64,000 nt of DNA from Paramoeba atlantica. Taxonomy: Eukaryota; Protista; Discosea. The first letter of the stretch is position 1; each line of letters starts with the position of its first letter. Made by a program: the position numbers and the translations under genes. The notes under the pieces are model-generated. The model was not told where the DNA came from. It worked only from the letters and a program-made list of their open reading frames with translations, and made no database searches. The stretch spans positions 1-64,000 of the forward strand of contig CDRNVI010000024.1 of NCBI GenBank assembly GCA_977017575.1. The letters are read 5' to 3'. Shown piece by piece: positions 45,798 to 57,500 of this stretch.

Positions 45798-46430
45798 TTA
45801 AGAAGCTTTTGCAACGTGTTTCCGGTTATCCAAGAGAGCGAGTTCTCTGTTTCTCTTTGTGGAAATATACAGAGGAAAAGCAAGCGGAAAGAGCAGCATA
45901 AAGGCAAGGAGAATCCACTCACTGGAATCTGTTTCTTGTGTTCGACGATACTCTGCAGGACTTAGTACTGTAACAAAGGGCGTGCGACTGGCCTCTCCTG
46001 CTCCAGGAATCCCATCCTGTATCTGTGTACTATAAGCAGTATAGGTATCTGCTGCAGGACTTTGACGAAGTGAGTATCGAACTGTGGCCATTCCGGTAAG
46101 AATTTCACCTCTCTCTGTAAGCTGCACGGTATACGTGAGATTGGAGCTCCTACCTGGTGCAAGTGTATCAATTTTATGCATGAATTCCTTATTCTTAAAT
46201 AGATCGCGCATTTCTAGTTGGTATGCTGGCGCTTCTCCAATGTTGGTTACGATGATGTCAAACCGAACTTCCCCGCCTACTATGACGCGAGACCGGTCGA
46301 CCTTTTTTTCAACCGAGAGCAAAGGAAGAGCGGGCATGTTTTGGTCGTTGCGACAATTTGTACACGACAGTCCACTTCCTAAACATAAAAGCACGAAGCG
46401 CCAAAATGGGGAAAGCGTCTCAGTTCTCAT
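45798..46430 (-). CDS. SSR2: Translocon-associated protein beta
   Basis: Signal peptide; VTNIGEAPAY...TLAPGRSSNLTYTV; C-terminal TM helix. Confidence 0.8.
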   Translation of the reverse strand: MRTETLSPFWRFVLLCLGSGLSCTNCRNDQNMPALPLLSVEKKVDRSRVIVGGEVRFDIIVTNIGEAPAYQLEMRDLFKNKEFMHKIDTLAPGRSSNLTYTVQLTERGEILTGMATVRYSLRQSPAADTYTAYSTQIQDGIPGAGEASRTPFVTVLSPAEYRRTQETDSSEWILLAFMLLFPLAFPLYISTKRNRELALLDNRKHVAKAS

Positions 46431-46870
46431 AATTGTATGTAAAATATAGAAAGAAGAGTTTAGGAGTTTGTTTTATAAGGGACTCCAATGTCAGGGCCAA
46501 TATGACAACCCTTGCAAAGTACTTTGTGTATTTTTGTAAATGTTCAACGGCATTCCTTTTAAAGTCAAGGCATAAAAAACGAAAAGCCAGGTTATGCATG
46601 TAGAAGATGCATTCAAGTTTGAGGTTTTGTTTATTTCTTAGGCATTTGAGAATAGTTTATAGAAAGTATTTTCCACTCCCCATTTTCATCCTATGTACAG
46701 AGGCGCTTTACCTAAACATATAAAAAAGTAACAATTCTTCGCACACCAAAAAGTGATTTTTCATTAAAATTCAAAGCGGAAAAATAGAAAAAGAACGAAA
46801 AGAATGTATCCATCAACAAGTTCCACTAAAAATACAACTGTAAGTTCCTAACAAGCAAAAAATCATTTTT

Positions 46871-47395
46871 CTATTTTTGTTCTTTGTTCTTCATTGCTTT
46901 GTCTCCTTTCTTTGATTCATTTATGACTTCTTGAACTGACGCTCGTTCCTGACGTTTACGAAGTCGCATAGTGAGACGCTTCAGAACGGACGAACTGGCT
47001 AAATAAAAGTCCTTCAAGCGATCCTTTGTCAGGTGCGTTGCGCTTCCAGACTTCGGAGCAGCTGATGGCTTCGGGACCACCGCTGGCTTCGGTGAGGGCA
47101 GTGGGACACTTTCGAAAGAACAAGGAGCTGCGACGGGAGGCCAGCGTTGGCGGGGAAGAAATCTTGGCGGTTGGATGAACTTGGGTGAGGATACGGATCG
47201 TGGACTCGGAACACCCAAATCATTCTCTGGTCCGCATGAAGCGTGACGCATCGCAAGAAGATTGAGATGAGAAATATCCTGCGCGAGCAGCGGAGTCGCA
47301 GCATGAACTCGTTGTGACGAAAATTGCGTTGTGACGGCTGCCATGCGAGGTGCCAGTCCGCTCTTTAGCGCACGGATGACAGTGCAATGAAGCAT
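46871..47395 (-). CDS. Hypothetical protein, likely mitochondrial presequence
   Basis: 174-aa ORF with R/A/L-rich N-terminus. Confidence 0.6.
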   Translation of the reverse strand: MLHCTVIRALKSGLAPRMAAVTTQFSSQRVHAATPLLAQDISHLNLLAMRHASCGPENDLGVPSPRSVSSPKFIQPPRFLPRQRWPPVAAPCSFESVPLPSPKPAVVPKPSAAPKSGSATHLTKDRLKDFYLASSSVLKRLTMRLRKRQERASVQEVINESKKGDKAMKNKEQK

Positions 47396-47631
47396 GTCCT
47401 CGCGCGAAAGGGCTTAACTAGGTGAAGTAGCGAAAGAGAAAACGTTTCTTTTAGATATAAAATGAAAGGTGGCACAAAACTTTTAAAGGAAAACACTTGA
47501 ACATTTCTTGACAAGGCTGCTATACCCTCGAGCGTCAGAGCTCTCGAGAATTTTAGAAACATGAGATTCTTAAGTGTATCAGACATAAAAAACATACTAG
47601 TACAGTATATTAGTTTCGTACTAATACATTA

Positions 47632-47941
47632 CCGTATACCCCCCCCCCCCCAAGTAAGAGAGATTTGGCCCTTTTTGGGCTGACCCCCAGTAAGAGAGAT
47701 TTGGCTTGGGAGCCCAACAGGAGGCGTATAGGGGGTAGGGGGTTGGTGTCTGCATGTTGGGGGCCTCGGGGGTAACCCAAAGAAGCGTTTTAACACGTTT
47801 TCAGAAGCAAAAAATAGAAAAAAATAGTCAAAAAAGTTGGGAGAAAAGAGGAAACTGGCCAGAAAAGCATACCCCCCCCAATAAGAGAGATTTGGCCATT
47901 TCGACCCAAAACCCATTCTCTTACTGGGGGGGGGTATACGG
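47632..47941. mobile_element. 310-bp pogo/Tigger-type MITE
   Basis: TA|CCGTATACCCCC...GGGGGTATACGG|TA; internal repeats (A)GTAAGAGAGATTTGGC. Confidence 0.88.
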
Positions 47942-47973
47942 TAGTACAGAATGCTGTCGCTCAAGATGTGAAA

Positions 47974-49461
47974 TCAAAAAGTTGAAGACTGCACCCCAGT
48001 TTTGAATTTGCTTAAAAAAGGATTTTCTTCTTGTCGCTTATGTCTCCGCACAAGCATTCGGTGCGTTCGTGATTTCATGTGCGCTTCCACCTGAGAAGGC
48101 CCTCTCAATGACTTTTGACACACATCACACCAAGTTGTGACGCATTGCTTTTGTTCGAAAGCTCTACCCGGAAGGATCTTATGGCGATATTCATGGGTAA
48201 GAATGTCCGGCAAGGGCAAAGAGGATAAAGCAAAGGCTTGTTTTGGAGTCAAAATTAGATTTCTATGATTAAAAGCGGAGGCGCCACGCTCATTAATAAC
48301 TCTAAAAAGGTTTACATAAGGGTGCGTGGCGAATCGATGACGTATCCACTGCTGTTGCTTCTTCGCATATTTTCGTGTAGCCCTATATAAATCTTCTGTA
48401 CACGATTGCCATATTTCGCACGCATTTATATTCGCTGATGGTATATCAAATTCTGTTTCTATGTCCAAGCATTTCAACCGGAGAAACGGAAGAAATTCTT
48501 TAAAACCAATGGCTTCAAGCAACGGAAATCGACTTCCTGAGTTTAATGCTCTTCTATTCAAAACGTGATCTTTCAATAAAGGATGATTTTTTAAAAGAAG
48601 AAAATAGTCTTCCACTTCACGCTGTAGTCCGCGAGTTTCCATGAAATTAATTCTTTCCCTAATGACATTGTCCATATGTTCATCACCGTCAAAATCACAC
48701 CAAAATGTTACATGGTTCATCCATCGTATTGGATCATGCTCGCTTTGCTCAATAATATGGTCGCTATGTTTTACCTTCCCTCGAGATAGATAGAAGACCT
48801 CCAAGCTCCGCCGAATACGTCTCGTATCTTTCGGGTGCCATCGAATTGCCATATTAGAATCTACGTGGGATAATTCTTCGTGTAGCGATTTCGCCGAAAG
48901 TGCATCAAGTATGCGGAACAATGAACGTCTGTAATATGTGTCAGGCATTTCAGCATTGTTTTGAAGCAACTCCTGTAAAGTAGAGTAATTTTTTAATGTC
49001 ATGTAAGTCCCTTGTTCGGTACTTGCTGAAAGAGAGTCTAATGAAGAAAATGAGCTCACTGCTGTAGATTCAATTATGGACTCACACATGAGAGCCTGTA
49101 CGTAGTAGTTGGTACCGCCACATACAATCGGGGTCTTACCATCGTTCAGCAAGTTTCGGATGAGTGGGAGAGCTTTGTTGACAAAGCTATGAACGCTGAC
49201 TTCGTAAGTTAGATCCACTTCAGAGGTATTGATTGCACCGTTCTGAATAGAGTTTAAAAAATGATGATGCACCTTTTGCAACTCAGCCTCAGTAGGTTTG
49301 TTGGATGCAATGGGTAGTCCCGGACACATTTGCATTACATCGGCACATATTATCTCGCAAGGACGATCAAAAGTGGAGAAAACATGCTGAGCCAATCGCA
49401 TGGAGAAGTTCGACTTACCTGAGCCTGTCGATCCTATTACGAAGAATACTCTAGAGTCCAT
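47974..49461 (-). CDS. TRIT1: tRNA dimethylallyltransferase with C-terminal zinc finger
   Basis: GSTGSGKS, CGGTNYY, HPKDTRRIRRSLE, AIGFKEF, ATRKYAKKQ, CDVC..H..SRTH. Confidence 0.93.
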   Translation of the reverse strand: MDSRVFFVIGSTGSGKSNFSMRLAQHVFSTFDRPCEIICADVMQMCPGLPIASNKPTEAELQKVHHHFLNSIQNGAINTSEVDLTYEVSVHSFVNKALPLIRNLLNDGKTPIVCGGTNYYVQALMCESIIESTAVSSFSSLDSLSASTEQGTYMTLKNYSTLQELLQNNAEMPDTYYRRSLFRILDALSAKSLHEELSHVDSNMAIRWHPKDTRRIRRSLEVFYLSRGKVKHSDHIIEQSEHDPIRWMNHVTFWCDFDGDEHMDNVIRERINFMETRGLQREVEDYFLLLKNHPLLKDHVLNRRALNSGSRFPLLEAIGFKEFLPFLRLKCLDIETEFDIPSANINACEIWQSCTEDLYRATRKYAKKQQQWIRHRFATHPYVNLFRVINERGASAFNHRNLILTPKQAFALSSLPLPDILTHEYRHKILPGRAFEQKQCVTTWCDVCQKSLRGPSQVEAHMKSRTHRMLVRRHKRQEENPFLSKFKTGVQSSTF

Positions 49462-49639
49462 TCGAGTCGAACATTAGTGACCAAGAAAATCGTAAAAATT
49501 CGCGTTGCATGAAGCTAATGTCCAGGAAAACGAAAATAGATCAACGCATCGGTATTCATTCAATAGGTATGATTACGGGCGTGAAGTGATTACGGCCATT
49601 CTTTGGTAAAAAGGATTACTCATACGTGCGTACCAAGTC

Positions 49640-49698
49640 CAAAATTCAACACTAAATAGGGGGGGGGTAGAGCACTCAATAGTAAATAGGGGAGACAG
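49640..49698. mobile_element. Solo right end of the 16291-17459 pogo-like family
   Basis: caaaattcaacactaaataggggggg..gagcactcaatagtaaatagggg.gacag|TA matches 17402-17459. Confidence 0.8.
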
Positions 49699-49945
49699 TA
49701 AATAAAAAAAAATTATTTATATTAAGACACGATTAAGACAGGAGTCATGTTAACACATGACTTCAATATTCAATAATATGCTCTACAAGATTTGAACACC
49801 TAAGGGGGGATCTATGAGTAGTAAAAGATTACTCCCTGGATTATCATATCCAGTGCACCAAAAACGCGAAAATTACATCCCGTTCCAGGTGTCAAACATT
49901 TTCTCATATCCAGTGCACCAAGAATAATAATAAAAAATGAACCTA

Positions 49946-50314
49946 AACCCTGTTCCGGGTTATTGTGCCCCCCCTGCACAATAACTGGCTCTAGGCACAA
50001 TATCTGGCTCCAGGCACAATAATTAAATATTAGAAAAAACCAAAAAAAGGGTAAAAAAAAATTGGCGCCGCTTCACGGCGCCTTTTTTACGGACAAACAT
50101 GTTCATATGCAGAAATAGTTCTATTTAACGAGTGCGTTGTTGAACCAACAACGTTAATTCCGAGAAAATGAGAATAAAAAACCCGCAAAAAAAGTGAGGC
50201 ACCGCTTCGCGGCGCCATATCTTGGAGGGGGGTACAATAATAGTGGTCGTTTCCACTTATTGTGCCCCCCCTGCACAATAACTGGCTCTAGGCACAATAT
50301 CCCGGAACAGGGTT
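49946..50314. mobile_element. TA-flanked MITE nested in the IS30 element
   Basis: TIR AACCCTGTTCCGGG(T/A)TATTGTGCC; repeats TGTGCCCCCCCTGCACAATAACTGGCTCTAGGCACAAT. Confidence 0.85.
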
Positions 50315-50316
50315 TA

Positions 50317-51084
50317 GTACGATGATACAATGATTGGTATATTTTTCAATGGTTTGCCCGTTGGGCCGTTTGTTCAACTTCTTGGTTGTCTTGTTCACCT
50401 CTTTGAGGCTCAGTGTCTCAAACGACTCACTCGCCTTGTGATATTGGCGAATGTTGGTAAGACCATTTGAATTTTCCACCGCCCCCTTTTCCCACGAGTG
50501 ATACGGGGCACAGAAAATGGATTTACAGCCCAGCTTTTCATTCACTCTTTCATGCTTTGTACATTCCGTTCCATTGTCATAAGTGATAGTAAAAGTTTTG
50601 TACTTTCTTAATCCCTTGATGATTTGATTCGCCACTTCTTTGGCATGCTTCGATCGCAGAACACGCAGAACGAGGAATCGGCTCTTCCGCTCACACAAAG
50701 TCAAAATGTAGCCTGAGTGATTATGACCTTCCACGAGGTCTGCTTCTCAATCCCCATACCGACGCCTCTTGCGTCCCGACAACTAAAGTGTTGGCAACCT
50801 GTTCTGGACTGTGAAGCTGCCCTAAGCGCTTCTTGATGTGGCGCTCCACGGGCCCAGAGATCATGCGAGGGCGCACGGGCTTTCTTTCCAAGCGTCTCTT
50901 GGATACTCTGAGCACGGCTGGCCTCGTACCGCCGACCCCGTTTTTCGTTTCGGGCCAGCTCACGGCTAACGGTGCTATGTGATTTTCCGATAGCCGTGCC
51001 GATCTCACGTCGCGTGGCTCCCGCCTCGAACATCTCTTGTATTGTGCGTCTCTCTCCTTCGCTGAGCCGCTTATACTTTGTCAT
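50317..51084 (-). pseudogene. IS30 transposase, frameshifted and internally deleted
   Basis: HTH (LSEGERRTI...IGKSHSTVSREL), HSPEQVA, GD*EADLVEG..ILTLCERKSR, ITYDNGTE, PYHSWEKGAVENSNGL. Confidence 0.9.
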
Positions 51085-51437
51085 GACGAAAGAAGGAAAA
51101 AAATCGAGTAATAGAAATGCCTAAATTGAATAAGTAAGTTGGATATGTAAATTGAAATTGTAAAAATATACTTTTGGTGCACTGGATATGATAATCTAAA
51201 AACTTTTGGTGAACTGGATATGATAACTTGGTGCACTGGACATGATAATCCACCCTTTAAACGGAAAACAAGGCGCAAACGTGAAATAATATCAAATAAG
51301 AATAGAGGTAACCTCACATAAACCTCAGGTTTATGTGTACGTGCTTCGGAGTTGTCAAAGAAGAAACCTTTCGGCAACCTTTCGCATTTTAGTTGTTTAT
51401 GCCTTAAAAACGGACTGGTTACAAACATCGCTGACAT

Positions 51438-52853
51438 TTACTTGAAAACGGTATCACCAGCCGCACACAGTTTGTCGTGCATGATGCTATGACGTATCGC
51501 CACACCATTGGTTCGAAGTTTGTGATGACGTGATGTACGAAAATAAAAAATAATTTTTTCTGCAAAACGTTTTTTTAACATTTGTGCGTCGTTATAGCGT
51601 GTGTCTTGCGCAGGTATGTCTGATAACGCAGATATAATATCATAAGTCGCGTGAGGAGGGACGCAAATATATTTAACGTTTGGATTATCTCCCCGAGGTC
51701 TCGGCCCGGAGGAGTCGGGTAGTATGGTATTACTTTCTGTACATTCTCTTATTTCGTAGTCGTAAGGAGGTGACAGAACCAATTGAGTACCAATTTCGTT
51801 TCCCAAGGAGAACTTCTTTGAGTTATCCTCAAAAAAAGGTATAAACAAGGGTGGATCGTCATCGTCAAGATTCTGATGATATGGATATTCAGGGTTGGCC
51901 CTTATATCTTGAAACAAATCCTTTGAAACAAGTAATTGAAGAAGAGCTTTGAAAATTGAAGGAGCCCATTCGGTGCGAAGCACTGAGACATCGGAAGGGT
52001 CTTCATCAGGAAGCATTTCTCTTGATTCATATCGCTCTATGTGTTGTCGCGCAATATCCTGTGCACATGCATGTACCATATTATCGTATGAGATAAGCCC
52101 CTCCCATGGACAGAAAGTTTCAAAAGCAACGATGTAAGGGCAGATACCGTTGAATAGCATTGGTACTTCAATATGAGCTAAGCAACATGCATCAAAGTAA
52201 ATAGCATTTAGGTGGGGTAGAGGACCAAGTGCGCGCAGAGTATCGGCAATATCACGGATGCTCAGAGCGTGACTCACATCATGTACACCCTCATCCATAA
52301 AAAGATGTAAACCTTTGGCATGAGAACTAAAGTAAAGTGCTGTTAACGATGACGCATCACCCACACACTCTTTGATAAACCATTGAAAAGTGGAAAGATG
52401 ACCCATAGGTCCCGGGATATCCACTTTTCTGTGCGAGGTATGCACATCCACAAGATCACAAAAGCTTGAGTCTTCGGAGCATGCAGAATTATCAAACGTG
52501 TGAGGAAAATCGGATGATATTTTTTCAGCATTTGTCAGCTCTAATTTCGACTCAGAAGCGATAGGCAAAACCTCTTCTTCATTTCCCCGTATTTCAAGAC
52601 AAGAAGCTTTGCCTTTGTGCGAAACAAGAACGACATATCGATCCTGTGGAGAAAGAATTCGCTGTTGTTGGTTGTTTAGTCGTACACCTTGTGACACAAT
52701 TTTGTGCTTAATATCGTATATGACGTGCGATAAAGGAAAGTCACCTGCTCCGTAGTAGAAAGCTGCTGTGCGAACACTCTCACTGTTTCTGTCAGTTTGC
52801 TTGAAGTCAGTCATATGCAAATAGTAAGAATAAGATAAAACATAGATTATCAT
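51438..52853 (-). CDS. Clostripain-family (C11) cysteine peptidase-like protein
   Basis: LYFSSHAKG (His), IYFDACCLAHIEV (Cys), YIVAFE..PWEG. Confidence 0.7.
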   Translation of the reverse strand: MIIYVLSYSYYLHMTDFKQTDRNSESVRTAAFYYGAGDFPLSHVIYDIKHKIVSQGVRLNNQQQRILSPQDRYVVLVSHKGKASCLEIRGNEEEVLPIASESKLELTNAEKISSDFPHTFDNSACSEDSSFCDLVDVHTSHRKVDIPGPMGHLSTFQWFIKECVGDASSLTALYFSSHAKGLHLFMDEGVHDVSHALSIRDIADTLRALGPLPHLNAIYFDACCLAHIEVPMLFNGICPYIVAFETFCPWEGLISYDNMVHACAQDIARQHIERYESREMLPDEDPSDVSVLRTEWAPSIFKALLQLLVSKDLFQDIRANPEYPYHQNLDDDDPPLFIPFFEDNSKKFSLGNEIGTQLVLSPPYDYEIRECTESNTILPDSSGPRPRGDNPNVKYICVPPHATYDIISALSDIPAQDTRYNDAQMLKKRFAEKIIFYFRTSRHHKLRTNGVAIRHSIMHDKLCAAGDTVFK

Positions 52854-53082
52854 TGGCCCCCGTGACCGAAAGGATAAAATAATATCTGCTTATGAACCTC
52901 GATGCTCATTGAAAAGGAATATTCCAATGTCCTAGCCAATAATGCTAGTCAACAATTTATAATGGTATCGTGTTTAGTGTTCTCTTCCATTTGAAAAACA
53001 ATACATTTTCCTAATCAAATCCTAAGAAGACTTTGCAACACTTCGACATTCTTGATCTTAACACTAACTCCCTTCATAGTGG

Positions 53083-53670
53083 TTATTTTTTCCCCTTCTT
53101 GCCTTTCCAGTTGCTCTTGGGTCGCTCCGACACAGGCTTGTTCTTCAAGAGGATGCCATCAAACTCCTTTTTGAACCAGTCCTGCGCTTCTTTCTTCGTT
53201 ACTCGGTGGTGCAAGCCAACAACCCCTGGGGCGTGGCGTCGACGACTGACACGAGTGCCTGGGCGTTTCAACACTACGTGGAAGTCCATTCCATAGATCC
53301 CTGTGCTGGGGTCGTACTTAAGTCCCAAATCAATATGCTCGCTGATTCCAAACCCAAAAGTGCCCTCGTTACTAAAGTTATCTGCATAGAGCTCGAACTC
53401 CTTGACTTTCAGTCCGCGCTCTAAGATCTCCCGAGCACGCTCGCCTCGTACTGTGGCGTACACAGCAATTTTTTCGTTTCGACGAATGCTGAAGCTTCGA
53501 ATGGTTTTCTTCGATTTGGCGTGTACGGGCTTTTGACTCGACAACTGCTCAAGTACGCGAGAAGCCTTTGTAAGCTTGTCACCAGATTCTCCAACACCAA
53601 TATTGATACAGAGCTTTTCAATTTTGATTTGGCGCATCGGATTCTCCGATGCCTTCGAAGATTTCACCAT
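53083..53670 (-). CDS. RPL11: 60S ribosomal protein L11 (uL5); start placed at MVKSSK
   Basis: [27 protein letters not shown]; [24 protein letters not shown]. Confidence 0.96.
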   Translation of the reverse strand: MVKSSKASENPMRQIKIEKLCINIGVGESGDKLTKASRVLEQLSSQKPVHAKSKKTIRSFSIRRNEKIAVYATVRGERAREILERGLKVKEFELYADNFSNEGTFGFGISEHIDLGLKYDPSTGIYGMDFHVVLKRPGTRVSRRRHAPGVVGLHHRVTKKEAQDWFKKEFDGILLKNKPVSERPKSNWKGKKGKK

Positions 53671-53901
53671 AGTAAATGAAGGGAGTAAAGACAAATTATC
53701 TGTAAGACAAGCTAAAACGATAGGAGAAGTTAAACCGAGCCCAACCCTTGTTAGCTCAACTCTAGTTTTTGCAAACGCTTTATTTGATAAGCTTCTTAAA
53801 TTTTCCTTCATTTCATTAAAATCGAATGTGAAAAAATAGTCATGGGAAAATCTTCTTACACTTCTGTCTTACCCATCTTAAAACACAGATAATCCGCTTT
53901 T

Positions 53902-54246
53902 CTAAATTCGGCTTGGGAACATGTAGACTCGGCACTTCTTCCCGATTGCTTGACTTGGTAGGTTGGGGTTAAATCGGGCACGCACGGCGCCACTCCCTCC
54001 GTGAGGCTTCACGACTCGGCCCCATATGACGCGAATATGAGACCGACGTGAGGGGACCTGCCGGCTTCGAAAGCACTTTCGTGGCTTCAAAGCACGATAG
54101 ACATACGCCACACGCTTGCCCTCATACCACCTTGCCTCCTTAGCACTGTTGACTTCGTTGATATGAAGTATCGGTTGGTCGTTGTATTGATTAGCTTGAT
54201 TGCGGCGAAACCCTGTCATCACTGCCCGTTGGAACAAACGCACCAT
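53902..54246 (-). CDS. RPL35A: 60S ribosomal protein L35a (eL33)
   Basis: YEGKRVAYVYRA; IWGRVVKPHGGSGAVRARF..NLP. Confidence 0.95.
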   Translation of the reverse strand: MVRLFQRAVMTGFRRNQANQYNDQPILHINEVNSAKEARWYEGKRVAYVYRALKPRKCFRSRQVPSRRSHIRVIWGRVVKPHGGSGAVRARFNPNLPSQAIGKKCRVYMFPSRI

Positions 54247-54510
54247 TAAATTAAAAAGATTGGACTATTATATAGGATCTATTGTAGTAGTAGAAGTAAG
54301 AAATGATATATATTTTCTAGTAGTAAGCTTTAGTAGTTAGTAAGATAAACCTAAGACTTGCGAAACTTCAAAACAAACAAGAACAGACAAGGGAAAGGTG
54401 AAGACATAAAACAAAATAAAGAAAGATCATCTGCCATTAAAGGATACAGTGAGATCTTGAACCTGAAACACAAATTCTTACACCTGCCAAGGTGCCTAAA
54501 AATCTTAATT

Positions 54511-57500
54511 CTATACTTGTGCAAAATACCAAGGTGTTTGCTCGATATCGTTATATGAAAAAGGAATGAGCAAAGACATGACTTGATTACAGTTATCAAG
54601 CTTGTTTCGAATGCTCGGGTACATGCAACTTGCTAAAGAAAAATACGTATGATACGCCCTTCCTGCATAGTGAAAAGTGTGTTCCTTGTCACCTATCTTT
54701 TCAACGAGATCTGCAAGTAAAATGTGTTCATCACAAGAAAAGACAAAATCGTTCAAATCTTCTAGTGTTAGGATCCACACCTCATAGTATCGTATACCGG
54801 GAATAAAATTGATGTGAGAGAGATTTTGAAAGTTAGGTGCTACGAAATTTAACAAACTTAAATTCAGAACGGGCTTTCGCAAAGAATTGTGCCTAACCAG
54901 AGATTTCGAAAAACCCGTCGTTTCATAACTAGGAGATGATATGCCTTCTTTAGCGCCACCTGTCTCATCTATCCAAAGGGCAAGCCTACCCAAGGTTACT
55001 GCGGCCTTTTCTATTTCTATGAAATCATGCGAATTCTTTGTAGAAAGGGGGAACGATTCCATAAGCACGAGGCTAATACCGTCTAGAACAGTATGTCCCT
55101 CAGATACTATGTGACTGATGGGTACAGAAAAGTTCAAAACATCCCACTCCGATGACAAATAGTCAGCACAAGAGACGGATTTAGACGCAATCGTACTCGG
55201 AAGATGAACTTCACACTCCCGTAAATCCTTGTGATTATGAAATCTCGCGTCCTCTGCGAAAGGAAAAAGCAATTCGGTTACGCAACTTTCATCCGGAATA
55301 CGCGTTTCGTCTGCTTGTACCAGTGTTGCGCAATCAGTACGCACAACCAACGAAAGAGCGCAATTAGACGCTAAAGTTGTTGGTTTATGAAAAACGACCT
55401 CAACAGTAAGATTACCACTTTCACTACTGTTACATTTACAGTTTTTCAAATTTACGCAACATCCAAACATTGTTGTCTTTGCTAATCTTGGGGAATCCGA
55501 TTCTGAAAAAGTACAACTGATATCGTTATAGTGCAATTTACCCTCCCAACTGCACCCCCCATGAAAAGCTCGATTCATGCAGGGTTGTGACTCTATGTAT
55601 GGTGCCCCCTTTTCCGAATTTTTTTTGTCTTCACCTATAGGGCACAACTCTTGCTGTGAAAGATGCTGCCATGGGAGTGCCTCAGCTACAGGACTGCCGA
55701 AACGACAAGTCTGGATACCGAATCCTGCGTTGAAATTTGTAGAAAACGGAAGACTTGTGATACAAGGCGTTACATGTGTAGGAAACAAAGTGGACCACAA
55801 TAAATTGTCGCGAGAAATAAACCCGGTTCCCTGTGAACTTCCATCACAGTTGATTTGCATCCCCGAACTCGTTTCCCACGTCCAACCGGGGGCAAAAAGT
55901 GCCGACGAAAGGGATCTAGTATCGGTCACCGCGCGATAAGACTCTGCGACGAGTTCAATTGAGGGCTTCTGACGAGGGGAGTTGCGACAAAATATGTCAA
56001 TACCCACGTAAACTTTATGGGATAGTTCTCCCGCCATTTTTATACTGTGTTGCAAGTGAGCTTCCGTCCAGTGATAATCAGTAAAAATGCCATCACAAAG
56101 CTCAAAGAATGAACTATTCAGTGAACTAAGACAGGATTGCCATTGTAATTTGCCTTGCACTGTGACACTGTCGTACCAAAAAACATGACTTGCGGGATGC
56201 AAACTATGCATAGTTGCGGTTAATAGGGAAAGAAAATGCAGGAGATGCTCTACACCTCTAGGAGAAACAGGATTTTCTATGTTCACCAGCCATCCGTCGA
56301 AGTTGTAATACATCGCAATATTAGCCAATTGACTTGCAACATGAGCAACGTTTGCTTCGCTATTCAAGAAATTTGAGCACTCATCAACCCCTTCTGACCA
56401 CTCGGTTATGAAAGTTCCCAAGACAGGAACTGAATTACTGTGAGCCACATCGATCCACACAGCGGGGGGAATTGTAACGCGATGATGGGAAAAATAGACA
56501 AACGTATCAATGCATTGCCAATGACGAAATAAGTAGCCGGGAAAAGGATTTTCTGTAGATAAGGTGATGTCCTTACCCTGAGGATAACGGTCGGATTCTA
56601 AGTAGCCACCACGACAATCGTGACACAAGAAAGTGCGACTCGAAGCAAGAACTCTCTCCTGTGAATGAGTGGAACATTTTAAGGTCCTCTGGGTGGAAAG
56701 CAATAATTTGACGTGCGACTTGGCAATAACTGAAGGAGGAATCCAATCCATGAGCTCTTTCATAGTATCGATTCCACTGCTCATAGAAAGTTTTAAGATG
56801 TTTATCGAAGATTTTGATATCAGGGCTTCATTCAATTTCAAACGTGCTTTCACTGGACCTCCGACAGCCATGTCAAAAGTGCTTTCTGGTAAAGTTCTTT
56901 CTGATACATCATTTTTGGCGTCCACGTTTACGGTGCCACTGACAGAAATCATCAAGGCTTCTTCTAGTTCTTCTTGAATTATTTCTTCCGAGACTGCGGA
57001 AATAAGCATTGGGATTGACACCGTACCTTCAAGTTTCGTAAACCGAAGTGAACAAGAGGTATTTTCGTTATTTGGTCCATTCGTAAAGCCAACCAAAAGC
57101 AAAGCTTCGACAATCTCGTTCTGTACGTGCGTCCACTCCTTACCAATTTGCAGAACACCGTAATTTATATCTTGAAATTCCTCCAAAAAACCTTCTAGTG
57201 ACCGCCAAACTGACATTGCAATTATGAAGCCATGCGACCCAGGTGACGCTTGTAAAATTTGCTTGACTTTGGATATGAACATGTTTGCGTCGTATACTAT
57301 TGGTGAAATTCCCTCTTTCAATACACTATTGCAGTCATGTGTATCTTCAGCAACTTTAATGTTACCTATTGCAGAGGTTGTAGACGAGTTCGAAGCACTG
57401 GCCGAGTCGAAAAAGGCTCGGACCCATGGCGTGGAAAGAACAATATTCATCATTTCACGGACACATGCTGGAAGACTTTGTACGCCAAGATAAGAAGTAG

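Larger units (their letters stand above)
49837..51252 (-). mobile_element. IS30-family insertion sequence (defective)
   Basis: 24-bp TIR TGGATTATCAT(A/G)TCCAGTGCACCA, CCC on both sides, IS30-type transposase fragments. Confidence 0.85.

Noticed and set aside
50745-50756. UGA read as Trp in the IS30 transposase (GD*EAD)
   Set aside because: The other conserved Trp (SWEKG) uses TGG and the gene is otherwise decayed; a nonsense mutation is simpler.
53671-53811. N-terminal extension of RPL11 (likewise DLD 37589-37666)
   Set aside because: Non-ATG starts in intergenic-like sequence; homology begins at the downstream Met.
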